A DNA stretch of 64,000 bases from a virus, in IMG/VR virus record IMGVR_UViG_3300020183_000011; one strand, written 5' to 3'. A program made the translations under genes and the position numbers. Positions 18,648 to 28,550 of the stretch are shown one piece after another. Position 1 is the first letter of the stretch. The number at the start of each line of letters is the position of its first letter. The notes beneath the pieces were generated by a model. It was given only the letters and a program-made list of their open reading frames with translations. It did not search any database and was not told where the DNA came from.

Positions 18648-20435
18648 ATGAAAAAAGTTTTAGATAATGGAATTCAGATAGACCTATCTCGGGACCAGTT
18701 ATTCGATGAATTAGGTATAATCAGGTTAAAAGAATCATACATGGCAGATAATGAAGAAAGTCCACAAGAAAGATTCGCGTTCGTATCAAATCATTTCGCA
18801 ACAGATAAATATCACGCACAAAGGTTGTATGAGTATAGTAGCAAGCATTGGTTAAGCTATGCTACACCGGTTTTATCGTTTGGTAGATCTAAACGCGGTT
18901 TACCGATATCATGTTTTTTAAACTTTATTGAAGATACGGCCGAAGGGTTGGTGGAGAACTTAAGTGAAACTAATTGGTTATCTATGCTTGGTGGTGGTGT
19001 TGGCATTGGCTTTGGAATTAGGTCTGCTGACGATAAGTCTACTGGCGTTATGCCTCATCTTAAAATGTATGATGCTAGCTCTCTTGCTTATCGTCAAGGC
19101 CGTACTCGTCGCGGCAGTTATGCTGCTTACCTGGATATTTCACATCCTGACATTTTAATGTTCCTTGAGATGCGTAAGCCAACAGGTGACCAAAACATGC
19201 GTTGCTTGAACTTACATCATGGTGTAAACATTCCAGATAGTTTCATGGAGATCATCGAAAGATGTATGATCGATGAAGCGGCTGATGATATATGGGAACT
19301 AAAAGACCCACACTCAGGTATAGTGACAGAAAAAGTATCAGCAAAAGAATTATGGCAAAAACTATTAGAACTTCGTATGCAAACGGGTGAACCGTACCTA
19401 CACTTTATCGATGAGTCTAATAGGAAGTTGCCACAATGGTTGAAGGATAAAGGATTACAAGTACATCAATCAAATCTTTGTTCTGAGATCATCCTACCTA
19501 CTAATGAAAAACGTACAGCAGTATGTTGTTTGTCTAGTTTAAACTTGGAGTATTATGATGATTGGAAAGATGATAAGTTGTTTCTTAAAGACGTTGCAGA
19601 GATGTTGGATAATGTGTTACAACACTTTATTGACAATGCTCCTTCTGTTATTAAGCGCGCTAAGTATTCTGCTTCTCGCGAACGGTCTATTGGTATTGGC
19701 GCTCTTGGTTTGCACGCTCTATTGCAGCGAAAGAATATCCCATGGGAGTCCGCGATGGCTACAGGACTCAATAAGCAGATATTCGCACATATTAGAGGGA
19801 GTCTCGATAAAGCAAACAAACAACTCGGAAAAGAAAGAGGAGAAGCGCCAGATGCCGAAGGCACTGGAAACAGGTTTAGTCATCTTATGGCTATTGCTCC
19901 CAATGCTAGCTCTTCTATCATTATGGGTAATACTTCCCCATCAATAGAACCATTTAGAGCAAATGCTTATAGACAAGATACATTATCAGGATCTCATCTA
20001 CATAAGAACCAGTACCTTGATAAGATACTCAAAGATAAAGCAGGAGATAAATACGATGAAGTTTGGTCTTCTATCATAGCAAACGATGGTTCAGTTCAAC
20101 ACCTAGATATCTTAGATGATTGGGCGAAAGACGTGTTTAAGACGTCTATGGAGATCGACCAACGTTGGGTAGTTCAACACGCAGCAGATCGTCAAGAGTT
20201 TATTGACCAAGCACAAAGCTTAAATGTATTCTTTAGACCTGACGCTCATATTAAATATATCCATGCAGTTCATTTCCAAGCATGGAAACAAAAACTTAAA
20301 ACTATGTACTACTGTAGATCAGATAAGATCGCTAAGGCTGATAAGGTAGCTAAGAAGATCGAGCGTGAAGTTATCGCAGAGATCGACTTAAAAGCTATGA
20401 CAGAAGGCGAAACTTGTTTAGCGTGCGAGGGATAA
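18648..20435 (+). CDS. nrdA: Ribonucleotide reductase class Ia alpha subunit (short, no ATP cone)
   Basis: PISCF, SNLCSEI, VCCLSSLN, AIAPNASSS, KTMYYCR, C-terminal CLACEG. Confidence 0.97.
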   Translation: MKKVLDNGIQIDLSRDQLFDELGIIRLKESYMADNEESPQERFAFVSNHFATDKYHAQRLYEYSSKHWLSYATPVLSFGRSKRGLPISCFLNFIEDTAEGLVENLSETNWLSMLGGGVGIGFGIRSADDKSTGVMPHLKMYDASSLAYRQGRTRRGSYAAYLDISHPDILMFLEMRKPTGDQNMRCLNLHHGVNIPDSFMEIIERCMIDEAADDIWELKDPHSGIVTEKVSAKELWQKLLELRMQTGEPYLHFIDESNRKLPQWLKDKGLQVHQSNLCSEIILPTNEKRTAVCCLSSLNLEYYDDWKDDKLFLKDVAEMLDNVLQHFIDNAPSVIKRAKYSASRERSIGIGALGLHALLQRKNIPWESAMATGLNKQIFAHIRGSLDKANKQLGKERGEAPDAEGTGNRFSHLMAIAPNASSSIIMGNTSPSIEPFRANAYRQDTLSGSHLHKNQYLDKILKDKAGDKYDEVWSSIIANDGSVQHLDILDDWAKDVFKTSMEIDQRWVVQHAADRQEFIDQAQSLNVFFRPDAHIKYIHAVHFQAWKQKLKTMYYCRSDKIAKADKVAKKIEREVIAEIDLKAMTEGETCLACEG

Positions 20436-20436
20436 T

Positions 20437-20628
20437 ATGCAACTAGAAGGAATGATGAAAAGATTAAAAGACGCTGGCCGTGATATTTTTATAGGGCTTA
20501 ACAATGCAGCAACATTAAAGAAAAGATATGTTGAGCCGCATGTTTATGTAAAGATAAATGGCAAGAAAGTAAAGATCATGGATATTACGGTAAGTGAATG
20601 TAATATATATTTGGAGACAGAGGAATGA
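20437..20628 (+). CDS. Hypothetical protein
   Basis: 63-aa ORF coupled to its neighbours. Confidence 0.55.
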   Translation: MQLEGMMKRLKDAGRDIFIGLNNAATLKKRYVEPHVYVKINGKKVKIMDITVSECNIYLETEE

Positions 20629-21377
20629 AGAAGTTTTTAGCAATACTACTATTAGGATTTACATCATTAGCATCAGCAAACCCAATAGATGACAAGTGTC
20701 CACAGCATGTATGGCAAGGTGCACCAGCATTAAAAGATGGTAATAACCAATACTTATGTCGTATCGGTTATGCAGTCAACTATAACTATGCTACAAAGGT
20801 TGCGTACTATGCAGTAGAACATGTAGTTCCAGCAAACTTAGTAAAGAACGCACCACGTAAAGACGAATTCAGAGAAGATCCAGAAGTTCCTGTACAACAT
20901 AGACAAACGCTTGCAGATTATACTGGTATGGGATATGATCGTGGTCATATTGCTCCAGCCGCAGACATGACATTTGATAAGACTGCTATGTCTGAATCGT
21001 TCTATCTAACTAACATGATGCCACAAGTGCCAGGTAATAATCGTGGTATTTGGAAATACCTTGAAGAGAACGTACGATATTGGGCACAAGTTAAAGGTGA
21101 AGTATACGTAATCACTGGAGCTTTGTTTGAAGGTGCACCATTAATGATGAATAAGGTTTCTGTACCATCACATGTATACAAGATCATCATCGATCCAAAG
21201 ACAGGCAGTCAAATAGCTTTCTTATTTCCTAATGAGAAGCTAGATCCAAAACTCATAGATAATTATTCAGTATCTGTTGAATCTATAGAACAAAGAGCTG
21301 GCATAAACTTCTCGCCAAAGTTACCTGATAGATGGATTGCTTACGAAAAAACTAAATTAAAACTAAAAGACTTCTAA
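20625..21377 (+). CDS. Secreted DNA/RNA non-specific endonuclease (NucA/EndoG family)
   Basis: Signal peptide (ASA cleavage); GYDRGHIAPAAD, ESFYLTNMMPQ...NRGIW..LE. Confidence 0.93.
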   Translation: MKKFLAILLLGFTSLASANPIDDKCPQHVWQGAPALKDGNNQYLCRIGYAVNYNYATKVAYYAVEHVVPANLVKNAPRKDEFREDPEVPVQHRQTLADYTGMGYDRGHIAPAADMTFDKTAMSESFYLTNMMPQVPGNNRGIWKYLEENVRYWAQVKGEVYVITGALFEGAPLMMNKVSVPSHVYKIIIDPKTGSQIAFLFPNEKLDPKLIDNYSVSVESIEQRAGINFSPKLPDRWIAYEKTKLKLKDF

Positions 21378-21378
21378 G

Positions 21379-22359
21379 ATGACAAATAAACTAACAGATA
21401 CCCGAGAGTATTTCAAACCGTTTAACTATCCATGGGCATATGAATCATGGTTAAAACACGAACAAGCACACTGGCTTCATACAGAAGTTCCGATGGCAGA
21501 AGACGTAAAAGATTGGAAAAAGAAACTAACTGCTGAAGAGAAACACTTCCTTACAAACATATTTAGGTTCTTTACACAAGGAGACATCGACGTTGCTGGT
21601 GGATATGTAAAGAACTACTTACCATACTTCCCTCAACCAGAGATTAGAATGATGCTTATGGGGTTTGCTGCTCGTGAAGCATTACACATCGCAGCATACT
21701 CTCATTTGATTGAGACATTAGGTATGCCTGAATCTACGTACAATGAATTCTTGGAATACCAAGAGATGAAAGATAAACACGATTACGTTACTGACCTATC
21801 TAGTCGAAATGGCGATCTTGATAGCACTGCCACTCACATCGCAGTATTCTCTGCTTTCACGGAGGGTATGCAGTTATTTAGTTCTTTCATTATGCTTCTT
21901 AATTTTCCAAGACATGGACTTATGAAAGGTATGGGTCAGATCGTTACATGGTCAATCGTAGACGAGACCATGCATGCTGAGAATATGATTAAACTATTCA
22001 AGACGTTTATCAAAGAGAACAACGAGATCTGGAATGATGATCTTAAGAGTCGTATATATACTATAGCAGAGAAGATGGTTGAACTCGAAGATAAGTTCAT
22101 CGACCTATCATTCTCTGGTACACACATGAGAGAACTTGAACCAGCAGACGTTAAACAATACATCCGTTACATCGCTGACAGACGTTTAATCTCATTAGGA
22201 TTAAAAGGTATCTTTAAAGTTAAAAAGAACCCATTACCATGGGTAGAGGAGATGATCAATGCTCCAGTTCATGGTAACTTCTTTGAGAACCGCGTTACAG
22301 ACTATGCCAAAGGTGCATTGAAAGGTTCTTGGCAGGATGTATGGGGTGGAGCCCAATAA
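21379..22359 (+). CDS. nrdB: Ribonucleotide reductase class Ia beta subunit
   Basis: FFTQGDIDV, REALHIAAYS, EGMQLFSSF, DETMH, NFFENRVTDY. Confidence 0.97.
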   Translation: MTNKLTDTREYFKPFNYPWAYESWLKHEQAHWLHTEVPMAEDVKDWKKKLTAEEKHFLTNIFRFFTQGDIDVAGGYVKNYLPYFPQPEIRMMLMGFAAREALHIAAYSHLIETLGMPESTYNEFLEYQEMKDKHDYVTDLSSRNGDLDSTATHIAVFSAFTEGMQLFSSFIMLLNFPRHGLMKGMGQIVTWSIVDETMHAENMIKLFKTFIKENNEIWNDDLKSRIYTIAEKMVELEDKFIDLSFSGTHMRELEPADVKQYIRYIADRRLISLGLKGIFKVKKNPLPWVEEMINAPVHGNFFENRVTDYAKGALKGSWQDVWGGAQ

Positions 22360-22505
22360 TGGCAACAAAATTATTTGAATGCACTAACTGTGAGAGTCAT
22401 GGTAAGATTACCGTAAAGACTAATGATGTCACGGTAGAGGACATAGTATTTTGTCCTGTATGTGGTGCAGAGATATTTGACGAAGAAGACGACTACGAAG
22501 AATGA
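22359..22505 (+). CDS. Small zinc-ribbon protein with acidic tail (48 aa, below ORF-track cutoff)
   Basis: MATKLFECTNC...FCPVCGAEIFDEEDDYEE; start overlaps the nrdB stop. Confidence 0.8.
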   Translation: MATKLFECTNCESHGKITVKTNDVTVEDIVFCPVCGAEIFDEEDDYEE

Positions 22506-22933
22506 CATGGACCTACAAGGGCGAACCAGTAGAAGAGATCGATGAGAAGTATACAGGATTCGTTTACATCATAACTAACTTAGTTACTGGTAAAGCATAC
22601 ATCGGTAAGAAGTTATCAAAGTTTAGTAAGACATCAGTGAAGACCGTTACGCTTAAGAATGGTACAAAGAAAAAGAAAAAGATTCGTAGCAAGATAAATT
22701 CAGATTGGAAGACCTATTGGTCTTCAAGTAAAGAAATACAAGACGATGTCAAAGCATTGGGTGAAGATAAGTTCAAACGGGAAATACTCATGTTTTGTTT
22801 GTCTAAGGGAACGGCCTCATATTTTGAGGCCAAGTACCAAATGCAGAATGAAGTATTAGAGCACCCTGATATGTGGTATAATGGGATCATAAATTGTAGA
22901 GTACATAGGAGTCATATAAAGTATGAAGATTAG
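22502..22933 (+). CDS. GIY-YIG endonuclease
   Basis: GFVYIITN..TGKAYIGKK, Y.SSS, F.REIL. Confidence 0.88.
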   Translation: MTWTYKGEPVEEIDEKYTGFVYIITNLVTGKAYIGKKLSKFSKTSVKTVTLKNGTKKKKKIRSKINSDWKTYWSSSKEIQDDVKALGEDKFKREILMFCLSKGTASYFEAKYQMQNEVLEHPDMWYNGIINCRVHRSHIKYED

Positions 22934-23207
22934 ATTAGCATTTTTATTGATAACACTGATAGCTGTAGTGGCAAGTTATTTTGCGTATGCATCATATATC
23001 CAAACAAAGCACTATGAAAATATCTTAGTTGAATTTGATAAAAAAATAAATTTTGCCAATAGTAGATACGATAATGTTCAAGAGGAAGATCATAAATTAA
23101 ACGTTAAGATAGACAGTCTTAATGCACAGATCAATGAACTTAATAACAAGATCCGTATCCAAGAAGCACTAATAATTGAAACTCGTGCTAAATTAAAAAG
23201 AAAATAG
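22923..23207 (+). CDS. Membrane-anchored coiled-coil protein
   Basis: N-terminal TM plus heptads. Confidence 0.6.
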   Translation: MKIRLAFLLITLIAVVASYFAYASYIQTKHYENILVEFDKKINFANSRYDNVQEEDHKLNVKIDSLNAQINELNNKIRIQEALIIETRAKLKRK

Positions 23208-23209
23208 TT

Positions 23210-24190
23210 ATGAAGAGAGTATTGATCACAGGCGGAGCTGGTTTCATCGCACATCATGTAATTAACCACATTTTAAATACTACTGATTGGAATGTAGTAA
23301 CATTAGATCGATTAGATTTTTCTGGAAATTTAAATAGATTAGCTGAAGTTGTTCCAAACGACGGAAGAGTTAAAACTGTGTTTCATGATCTTAAAGCTGA
23401 ATTAAATTCACAAATAATCAAATCAATAGGTGATATAGATATCATTTTACATCTTGCTGCAGGTTCCCATGTGGATCGATCAATTGAATTCCCTATGGAG
23501 TTTGTTATGGACAATGTTGTTGGTACATGTAACATATTAAACTATGCAAGAACATTACCAAATTTAGAGCGGTTCATTTACTTCTCAACAGATGAAGTGT
23601 TTGGTCCTGCTCCAAATGGTATAAATTATAAAGAATATGACAGATATAATAGTTCTAATCCATACTCAGCTTCAAAAGCTGGCGGTGAAGAGCTTGCCGT
23701 TGCATTCGCTAATACATACAAGATGCCTCTTTATATTACTCATACCATGAACGTATTTGGGGAGAGACAACATCCTGAGAAATATATTCCGGTTTGTATC
23801 AAACGTGTAAGAGATGGTGAAAAAATCATCATCCACTCAGATCCAACTAAAACTATTCCTGGTAGCAGATGTTATATACATGCTTTAGATGTTGCAGAAG
23901 CTTTAATATTCATATTAAATCTAAAAGATCAATACAATGGTTCTAAATTCAATGTTGTAGGTAAAGAAGAAATAAATAATCTACAATTAGCACAAATTAT
24001 ATCTGATGCACAAGGCAAAAAACTTATCTATGAGTTATCGGACTTTCATAGTGCAAGACCCGGTCATGACTTACGATATGCTTTAGATGGTGGTTTATTA
24101 AGAGAACTTGGGTGGGAACCTAAGATATCGCTTAAAGAACGTATCAAAGAAGTCGTTGATTGGACATTAAAAAACGATAGATGGTTATAA
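23210..24190 (+). CDS. rfbB: dTDP-glucose 4,6-dehydratase-like NDP-sugar enzyme
   Basis: TGGAGFI, HLAA.SHVDRSI, STDEVFG, PYSASKA, RPGHDLRYALD. Confidence 0.88.
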   Translation: MKRVLITGGAGFIAHHVINHILNTTDWNVVTLDRLDFSGNLNRLAEVVPNDGRVKTVFHDLKAELNSQIIKSIGDIDIILHLAAGSHVDRSIEFPMEFVMDNVVGTCNILNYARTLPNLERFIYFSTDEVFGPAPNGINYKEYDRYNSSNPYSASKAGGEELAVAFANTYKMPLYITHTMNVFGERQHPEKYIPVCIKRVRDGEKIIIHSDPTKTIPGSRCYIHALDVAEALIFILNLKDQYNGSKFNVVGKEEINNLQLAQIISDAQGKKLIYELSDFHSARPGHDLRYALDGGLLRELGWEPKISLKERIKEVVDWTLKNDRWL

Positions 24191-24198
24191 ACTTATAA

Positions 24199-24206
24199 CA
24201 TAAATA
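24199..24206 (+). promoter_or_regulatory. Late promoter variant
   Basis: CATAAATA 6 nt before ATG 24213. Confidence 0.65.
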
Positions 24207-24212
24207 ATATAT

Positions 24213-24542
24213 ATGGATCAAATAACGATAGACGAATCAGCTGCTAATAAGATTAAAACTCTCTTAGCTGACGAGGAAAACAAAGATTTATTGCTACGCA
24301 TATTCGTGTCTGGAGGCGGGTGCTCCGGATTTCAATACGGGTTCACGTTTGATGAATGTCAAAATGAAGACGACTTTGTCATAGAACAATATGGTATTAA
24401 ACTATTAGTAGACGCCATGAGCATGCAGTATTTAACAGGTGCAGAGATAGGTTATAAAACATCTTTAATGGGAGAACAATTTGAGATAAAGAACCCAAAT
24501 GCTACAAGTAAATGTGGATGCGGTTCATCATTCTCAGCATAA
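24213..24542 (+). CDS. erpA: A-type Fe-S carrier ErpA/IscA
   Basis: [11 protein letters not shown]...NPNA...CGCGSSF. Confidence 0.92.
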   Translation: MDQITIDESAANKIKTLLADEENKDLLLRIFVSGGGCSGFQYGFTFDECQNEDDFVIEQYGIKLLVDAMSMQYLTGAEIGYKTSLMGEQFEIKNPNATSKCGCGSSFSA

Positions 24543-24543
24543 T

Positions 24544-24951
24544 ATGGCTTATTCAGATAAAGTTTTAGATCACTATGAAAACCCGAGAAATGTAGGAAGC
24601 CTTGATAAAGCAGATCCAAATGTAGGAACAGGGATGGTGGGTGCACCTGCTTGCGGTGACGTCATGAAATTACAAATTCAAGTAGGAGAAGATGGTGTTA
24701 TCGAAGATGCAAAGTTTAAAACTTATGGTTGCGGTTCTGCTATTGCCAGTTCTAGTCTTGTTACAGAATGGCTCAAGGGCAAAACACTTGACGAGGCAAT
24801 TGCAATCAAGAATTCAGATATTGCGGAAGAATTAGCTTTACCTCCTGTAAAAATTCACTGTTCAGTTTTAGCTGAAGATGCTATTAAAGCAGCTATCGCT
24901 GATCTTCAAAATAAACAAGTAAAAGCAGCCAAGTGTGTCTGCAAAGTATGA
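24544..24951 (+). CDS. iscU: Fe-S scaffold IscU
   Basis: MAYSDKVLDHYENPRNVG, GAPACGDVM, GCGSAIASSS, LPPVKIHCS. Confidence 0.96.
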   Translation: MAYSDKVLDHYENPRNVGSLDKADPNVGTGMVGAPACGDVMKLQIQVGEDGVIEDAKFKTYGCGSAIASSSLVTEWLKGKTLDEAIAIKNSDIAEELALPPVKIHCSVLAEDAIKAAIADLQNKQVKAAKCVCKV

Positions 24952-25967
24952 ATACAGTAATGTTAATCTCAGCGCTTTCATTAAGCGCAATCGCAGCATT
25001 TTACTCGATCGCTGGACTAGCTGCCATATTCGCTGCAGCTGTGGTGCCTATCATCATCATGGGAGGCATCTTAGAAGTATCTAAGTTGGTCGTCGCGTCA
25101 TGGTTATACCAGAACTGGGATGAAGTCCCATTCTCATTCAAAGCATACTTTACTTCTGCTATCGTTATCCTCATGATGTTAACATCTATGGGTATCTTTG
25201 GCTTCTTATCAAAGGCACACTTAGACCAAGCAGTTCCAGCTGGAGATATTACAGCTCAGGTCCAGATCTTTGATGACAAGATCAAGACTGAAAGAGAGAA
25301 CATTGAAGCAGCTCGTAAAGCATTAAAACAAATGGACGCTCAGGTAGACGAGAAGCTTGCTCGTACTACAGACGATAAAGGAACAGAACGTGCAGTACAG
25401 ATCCGTAGAGCTCAATCATCTGAACGTAAGAAACTACAGAACGAGATCACTGTAGCTCAGGCATCTATAGTTAAACTACAAGCTGAGCGAGCTCCTGTCG
25501 CATCTCAAGCTCGTAAGGTCGAGGCTGAAGTTGGTCCGGTTAAGTATATCGCAGCTTTAATCTATGGAGATACCTTAGACCAGAACATGCTGGAAAAAGC
25601 TGTCCGTTGGGTCATCATCATGATCGTCTTGGTGTTTGATCCGCTTGCAGTTCTTATGCTAGTGGCAGTAAACTGGTCTTTAAAAAAAAGACAACCTGAA
25701 GTAGAGCCGGAAGAACTTCCTGAGGATCTATCACCTTGGCTGAATTATCCTATTGATTTAAAGAAACCAAAAAGAAAACCCCGTAAACGTAAGTGGCTTG
25801 AACCTGATCCTGTACCTCTACCAGAGGAAGCAGAATGGAATGATGGAACACATTATGATCCAGATGAGTATGTCTCCCCTTCAAAGACCATTGAGCAAGA
25901 AGTTGACGAACTTAATCATAAGCCTTTGAATTCATTAGAAAGATTAAATAAAAAATACGGACCCTAA
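24948..25967 (+). CDS. Conserved phage membrane protein with coiled coil
   Basis: Three N-terminal TMs, LEV.K, TS.GIFGFLSKAH, EVGP.KYIA, VFDPLA. Confidence 0.7.
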   Translation: MNTVMLISALSLSAIAAFYSIAGLAAIFAAAVVPIIIMGGILEVSKLVVASWLYQNWDEVPFSFKAYFTSAIVILMMLTSMGIFGFLSKAHLDQAVPAGDITAQVQIFDDKIKTERENIEAARKALKQMDAQVDEKLARTTDDKGTERAVQIRRAQSSERKKLQNEITVAQASIVKLQAERAPVASQARKVEAEVGPVKYIAALIYGDTLDQNMLEKAVRWVIIMIVLVFDPLAVLMLVAVNWSLKKRQPEVEPEELPEDLSPWLNYPIDLKKPKRKPRKRKWLEPDPVPLPEEAEWNDGTHYDPDEYVSPSKTIEQEVDELNHKPLNSLERLNKKYGP

Positions 25968-25972
25968 ACTAT

Positions 25973-25980
25973 TATAAATA
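25973..25980 (+). promoter_or_regulatory. Late promoter for the curli-like operon
   Basis: TATAAATA 4 nt before ATG 25985. Confidence 0.85.
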
Positions 25981-25984
25981 GTAC

Positions 25985-26263
25985 ATGGGCGATATTTTTA
26001 AACTAATTGCTGATGTAGGATTCCCAATAGCCGGAGCATGTGCTGCTGGATATTTTGTGTTTCTTACCGTTAAATTTATCCTTGATGGGGTGACAGGCTC
26101 AGTAAAGGGTATGTCTAACATCATTAAAGCTTTGGATAGACGGGTAGCAGCAATGAATCACGACGTTATTCGCATAGATACTAAGGTGTCTCATGCATTA
26201 GGTATACCACCAGATCTAGATAGGATCGCGAGGGCCGAACAGTCAGACGCTAGGAGAGACTAG
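25985..26263 (+). CDS. Small single-TM membrane protein (paralog 1)
   Basis: GFPI.....GYFV TM plus coiled coil (LD.R...MN.D.IR). Confidence 0.75.
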   Translation: MGDIFKLIADVGFPIAGACAAGYFVFLTVKFILDGVTGSVKGMSNIIKALDRRVAAMNHDVIRIDTKVSHALGIPPDLDRIARAEQSDARRD

Positions 26264-26532
26264 TGGAAGATATAGCTGACTTAATAAGCAAGTATGGGTT
26301 TCCCATCGTTGCAGCAGGCGGATTAGGATACTTCGTCTACTATATATGGAAATGGGTAACTGAAGAGATAGACCCTGTAATAGGTGAATCAAATAAAGTT
26401 TTAATTGAACTGATCGATCGTATCCGCATGTTGGATAATGACTTGATCAGGCTCAACCAAAAAGTGAATGTCATTTTGTCTTTAAGAGAGAGGGAAGAAA
26501 ATGAAGTTCACGATAAGGATACTAAGTCTTAG
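26263..26532 (+). CDS. Small single-TM membrane protein (paralog 2)
   Basis: YGFPIVAA.GLGYFVYY, LIDRIRMLDNDLIRL; GTG start. Confidence 0.75.
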   Translation: MEDIADLISKYGFPIVAAGGLGYFVYYIWKWVTEEIDPVIGESNKVLIELIDRIRMLDNDLIRLNQKVNVILSLREREENEVHDKDTKS

Positions 26533-26953
26533 TATTTTACTGATAGGTTGTGTCGCTCAGGCCCAACCACTCCCTGATTATACGTTCAAGAATCCATCCT
26601 TTAATGGAAATGGATACAGTAGCCACATATTGACTATTGAAAATCAAGAACGAACACGAAAAGATAATATCAAGAAAGAGATCCAAGCTGCATTAGATAA
26701 AGCAAAAAACGATGCTAACAACACTAATGTAGCTAAGTTCCTTAACAACCTTGAAAGCCGTATATATGCACAGATTAGTCAAAACCTAGCAACAGAGATG
26801 TTTGCAGATGGTGGTGCAACAAGTGGTACATTAAATTTCGAAGGTAACATCATAAATTGGAACAGGACTGGTACTGAGATCACAATGAACGTGACTGACT
26901 ATCTAGGCAGCACAACGACTGTTGTTATACCACTAGGACAGTGGCAATTCTAA
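26501..26953 (+). CDS. csgF: Curli assembly component CsgF
   Basis: Signal peptide then YTFKNPSFNG; C-terminal G.TT...IP; adjacent to csgG. Confidence 0.85.
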   Translation: MKFTIRILSLSILLIGCVAQAQPLPDYTFKNPSFNGNGYSSHILTIENQERTRKDNIKKEIQAALDKAKNDANNTNVAKFLNNLESRIYAQISQNLATEMFADGGATSGTLNFEGNIINWNRTGTEITMNVTDYLGSTTTVVIPLGQWQF

Positions 26954-26954
26954 A

Positions 26955-27755
26955 ATGTATAAACTACTAATTTTATTATCGCTGATGTTTTTAGCTGGTT
27001 GTGCAACTACTCGCGTAGTCACTACACCAGAAAAGCCTGTAGAGGTGAAGAGTATCATGCAAAAAGAGTTTGATACTATACCTCCACCTGCTGGTAGACC
27101 GATTATCGTAGCTGTATATACGTTTATTGATAAGACTGGTCAAAGAAGACCTGCTGCTAATTTTGCAAACCTTAGTTCAGCGGTAACACAAGGAGCCGAG
27201 GCTTTCTTAATAAAGGCTTTACAAGATGTAGGTAAAGGTGTTTGGTTTGAAGTCGTCGAAAGGGTAGGTATCGATAGCTTGACTAAAGAGAGACAACTAA
27301 TTCGTCAGATGCGTGAGGCGTATGATGGTCCTAAAGCTAAACCGTTAGGTCCAATGCTTTATGCAGGTGTCATCGTAGAAGGTGGTATAACTGGATATGA
27401 TACAAGCGTTAAGAGTGGTGGTAGTGCTGCACGTATGTTAGGCATTGGACCACAGACACAATACAGCGAAGACATAGTAACAGTAAGTCTTAGAGTTATT
27501 AGTGTAAACTCTGGTAAAGTTTTAGCTGCTGTAAATATACAGAAAACTATTTACAGCGCTAGTGATAGCATGGCAGTATTAAAGTTTATTAAAGATGGAA
27601 CACAGGCATTTGAGATAGAAAGTGGGTTAACCATAAATGAGCCTGGAACTCAAGCAGTAAAAGCTGCTATAGAGAGTGCAGTAGTAGAGTTAATAAAAGA
27701 AGGTAGCAAGAAAGGTATCTGGGAATTCTCCTATGAACCCTTGCAACCACAATAA
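26955..27755 (+). CDS. csgG: Curli secretion channel lipoprotein CsgG
   Basis: Lipobox LAG-C; VAVY.F.DKTGQR, SSAVTQGA...LIKAL, WF.VVER..ID.L.KERQLIR, EGGI.GYD. Confidence 0.93.
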   Translation: MYKLLILLSLMFLAGCATTRVVTTPEKPVEVKSIMQKEFDTIPPPAGRPIIVAVYTFIDKTGQRRPAANFANLSSAVTQGAEAFLIKALQDVGKGVWFEVVERVGIDSLTKERQLIRQMREAYDGPKAKPLGPMLYAGVIVEGGITGYDTSVKSGGSAARMLGIGPQTQYSEDIVTVSLRVISVNSGKVLAAVNIQKTIYSASDSMAVLKFIKDGTQAFEIESGLTINEPGTQAVKAAIESAVVELIKEGSKKGIWEFSYEPLQPQ

Positions 27756-27761
27756 GGAAAG

Positions 27762-28550
27762 ATGATGATAAAATCATTAAAACTTTTTATCATGATTTTA
27801 TTATTAAGTTTCAATGCATGGGCTGCAGACAATAGTATCTACATTGATCAAAGTGGTGATAACAGCACCATCGATGTGATACAAACTGGTGCAGGTAACG
27901 TCATACGTGGCATACAAGGAGTTGGTACAGGTAACACAACACCAGCAAAGATGTATGGTAACAACAGTGTAATCGATATCCAACAAATTGGTAGTACTAA
28001 CACATTAAACTTAGGTTTAAACGTAAGTACAGCAGTTGGTCGTGCGTATGGTATCGACTTAACATACTATGTAACTGGTAATAATGGTACAGCAACCATC
28101 AACAGTAACAATGCTGGTTCAGGTACAAGTGGAAGTAACTTCATAGATGTGCGTCAAACTGGTAACAGTGCAAGCATTAACTTGAACGTATTAGGTAGTA
28201 AGAATGACTTTACTGCTGTTACATCAGGTGGAGCTTCTAACAGTATCACTGCTACTATTAATGCAAACGAGACAGTAAGTAATATTAGTATGACTGGTGG
28301 TGCAAGTAATACATTTACTGGTACTCTTAGCAGCAACAAAGGTCAAGTTAACGTAACTACTGTTGGCGCAAGTAATGGTGTGACACTATCGCAAACTGGT
28401 ACTGCTGGTATTAATGGTCATGAATTTACACTAAACCTAACTGGATCTAGTAACACGTTTGGTGTTACTCAATCTGGAACTATTGACACAACAGTTAATG
28501 TATTGAGTTCTGGAAGCGGTAATACATGGAACATTACTACTGGAAATTAA
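27762..28550 (+). CDS. Curlin-like (CsgA/CsgB-type) repeat protein
   Basis: Signal peptide; DNSIYIDQSGDN, QTGAGN, QIGSTN, QTGNS repeats; G/N/S/T rich. Confidence 0.75.
   Translation: MMIKSLKLFIMILLLSFNAWAADNSIYIDQSGDNSTIDVIQTGAGNVIRGIQGVGTGNTTPAKMYGNNSVIDIQQIGSTNTLNLGLNVSTAVGRAYGIDLTYYVTGNNGTATINSNNAGSGTSGSNFIDVRQTGNSASINLNVLGSKNDFTAVTSGGASNSITATINANETVSNISMTGGASNTFTGTLSSNKGQVNVTTVGASNGVTLSQTGTAGINGHEFTLNLTGSSNTFGVTQSGTIDTTVNVLSSGSGNTWNITTGN

Noticed and set aside
246-22359. Introns or inteins in gp41, gp61, nrdA, nrdB
   Set aside because: ORFs are continuous and of normal or compact length, with no splicing motifs seen
25960-25985. Riboswitch (e.g. glutamine-type) upstream of the curli-like operon
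   Set aside because: Only 17 nt are intergenic and the late promoter is 4 nt from the ATG, so there is no room
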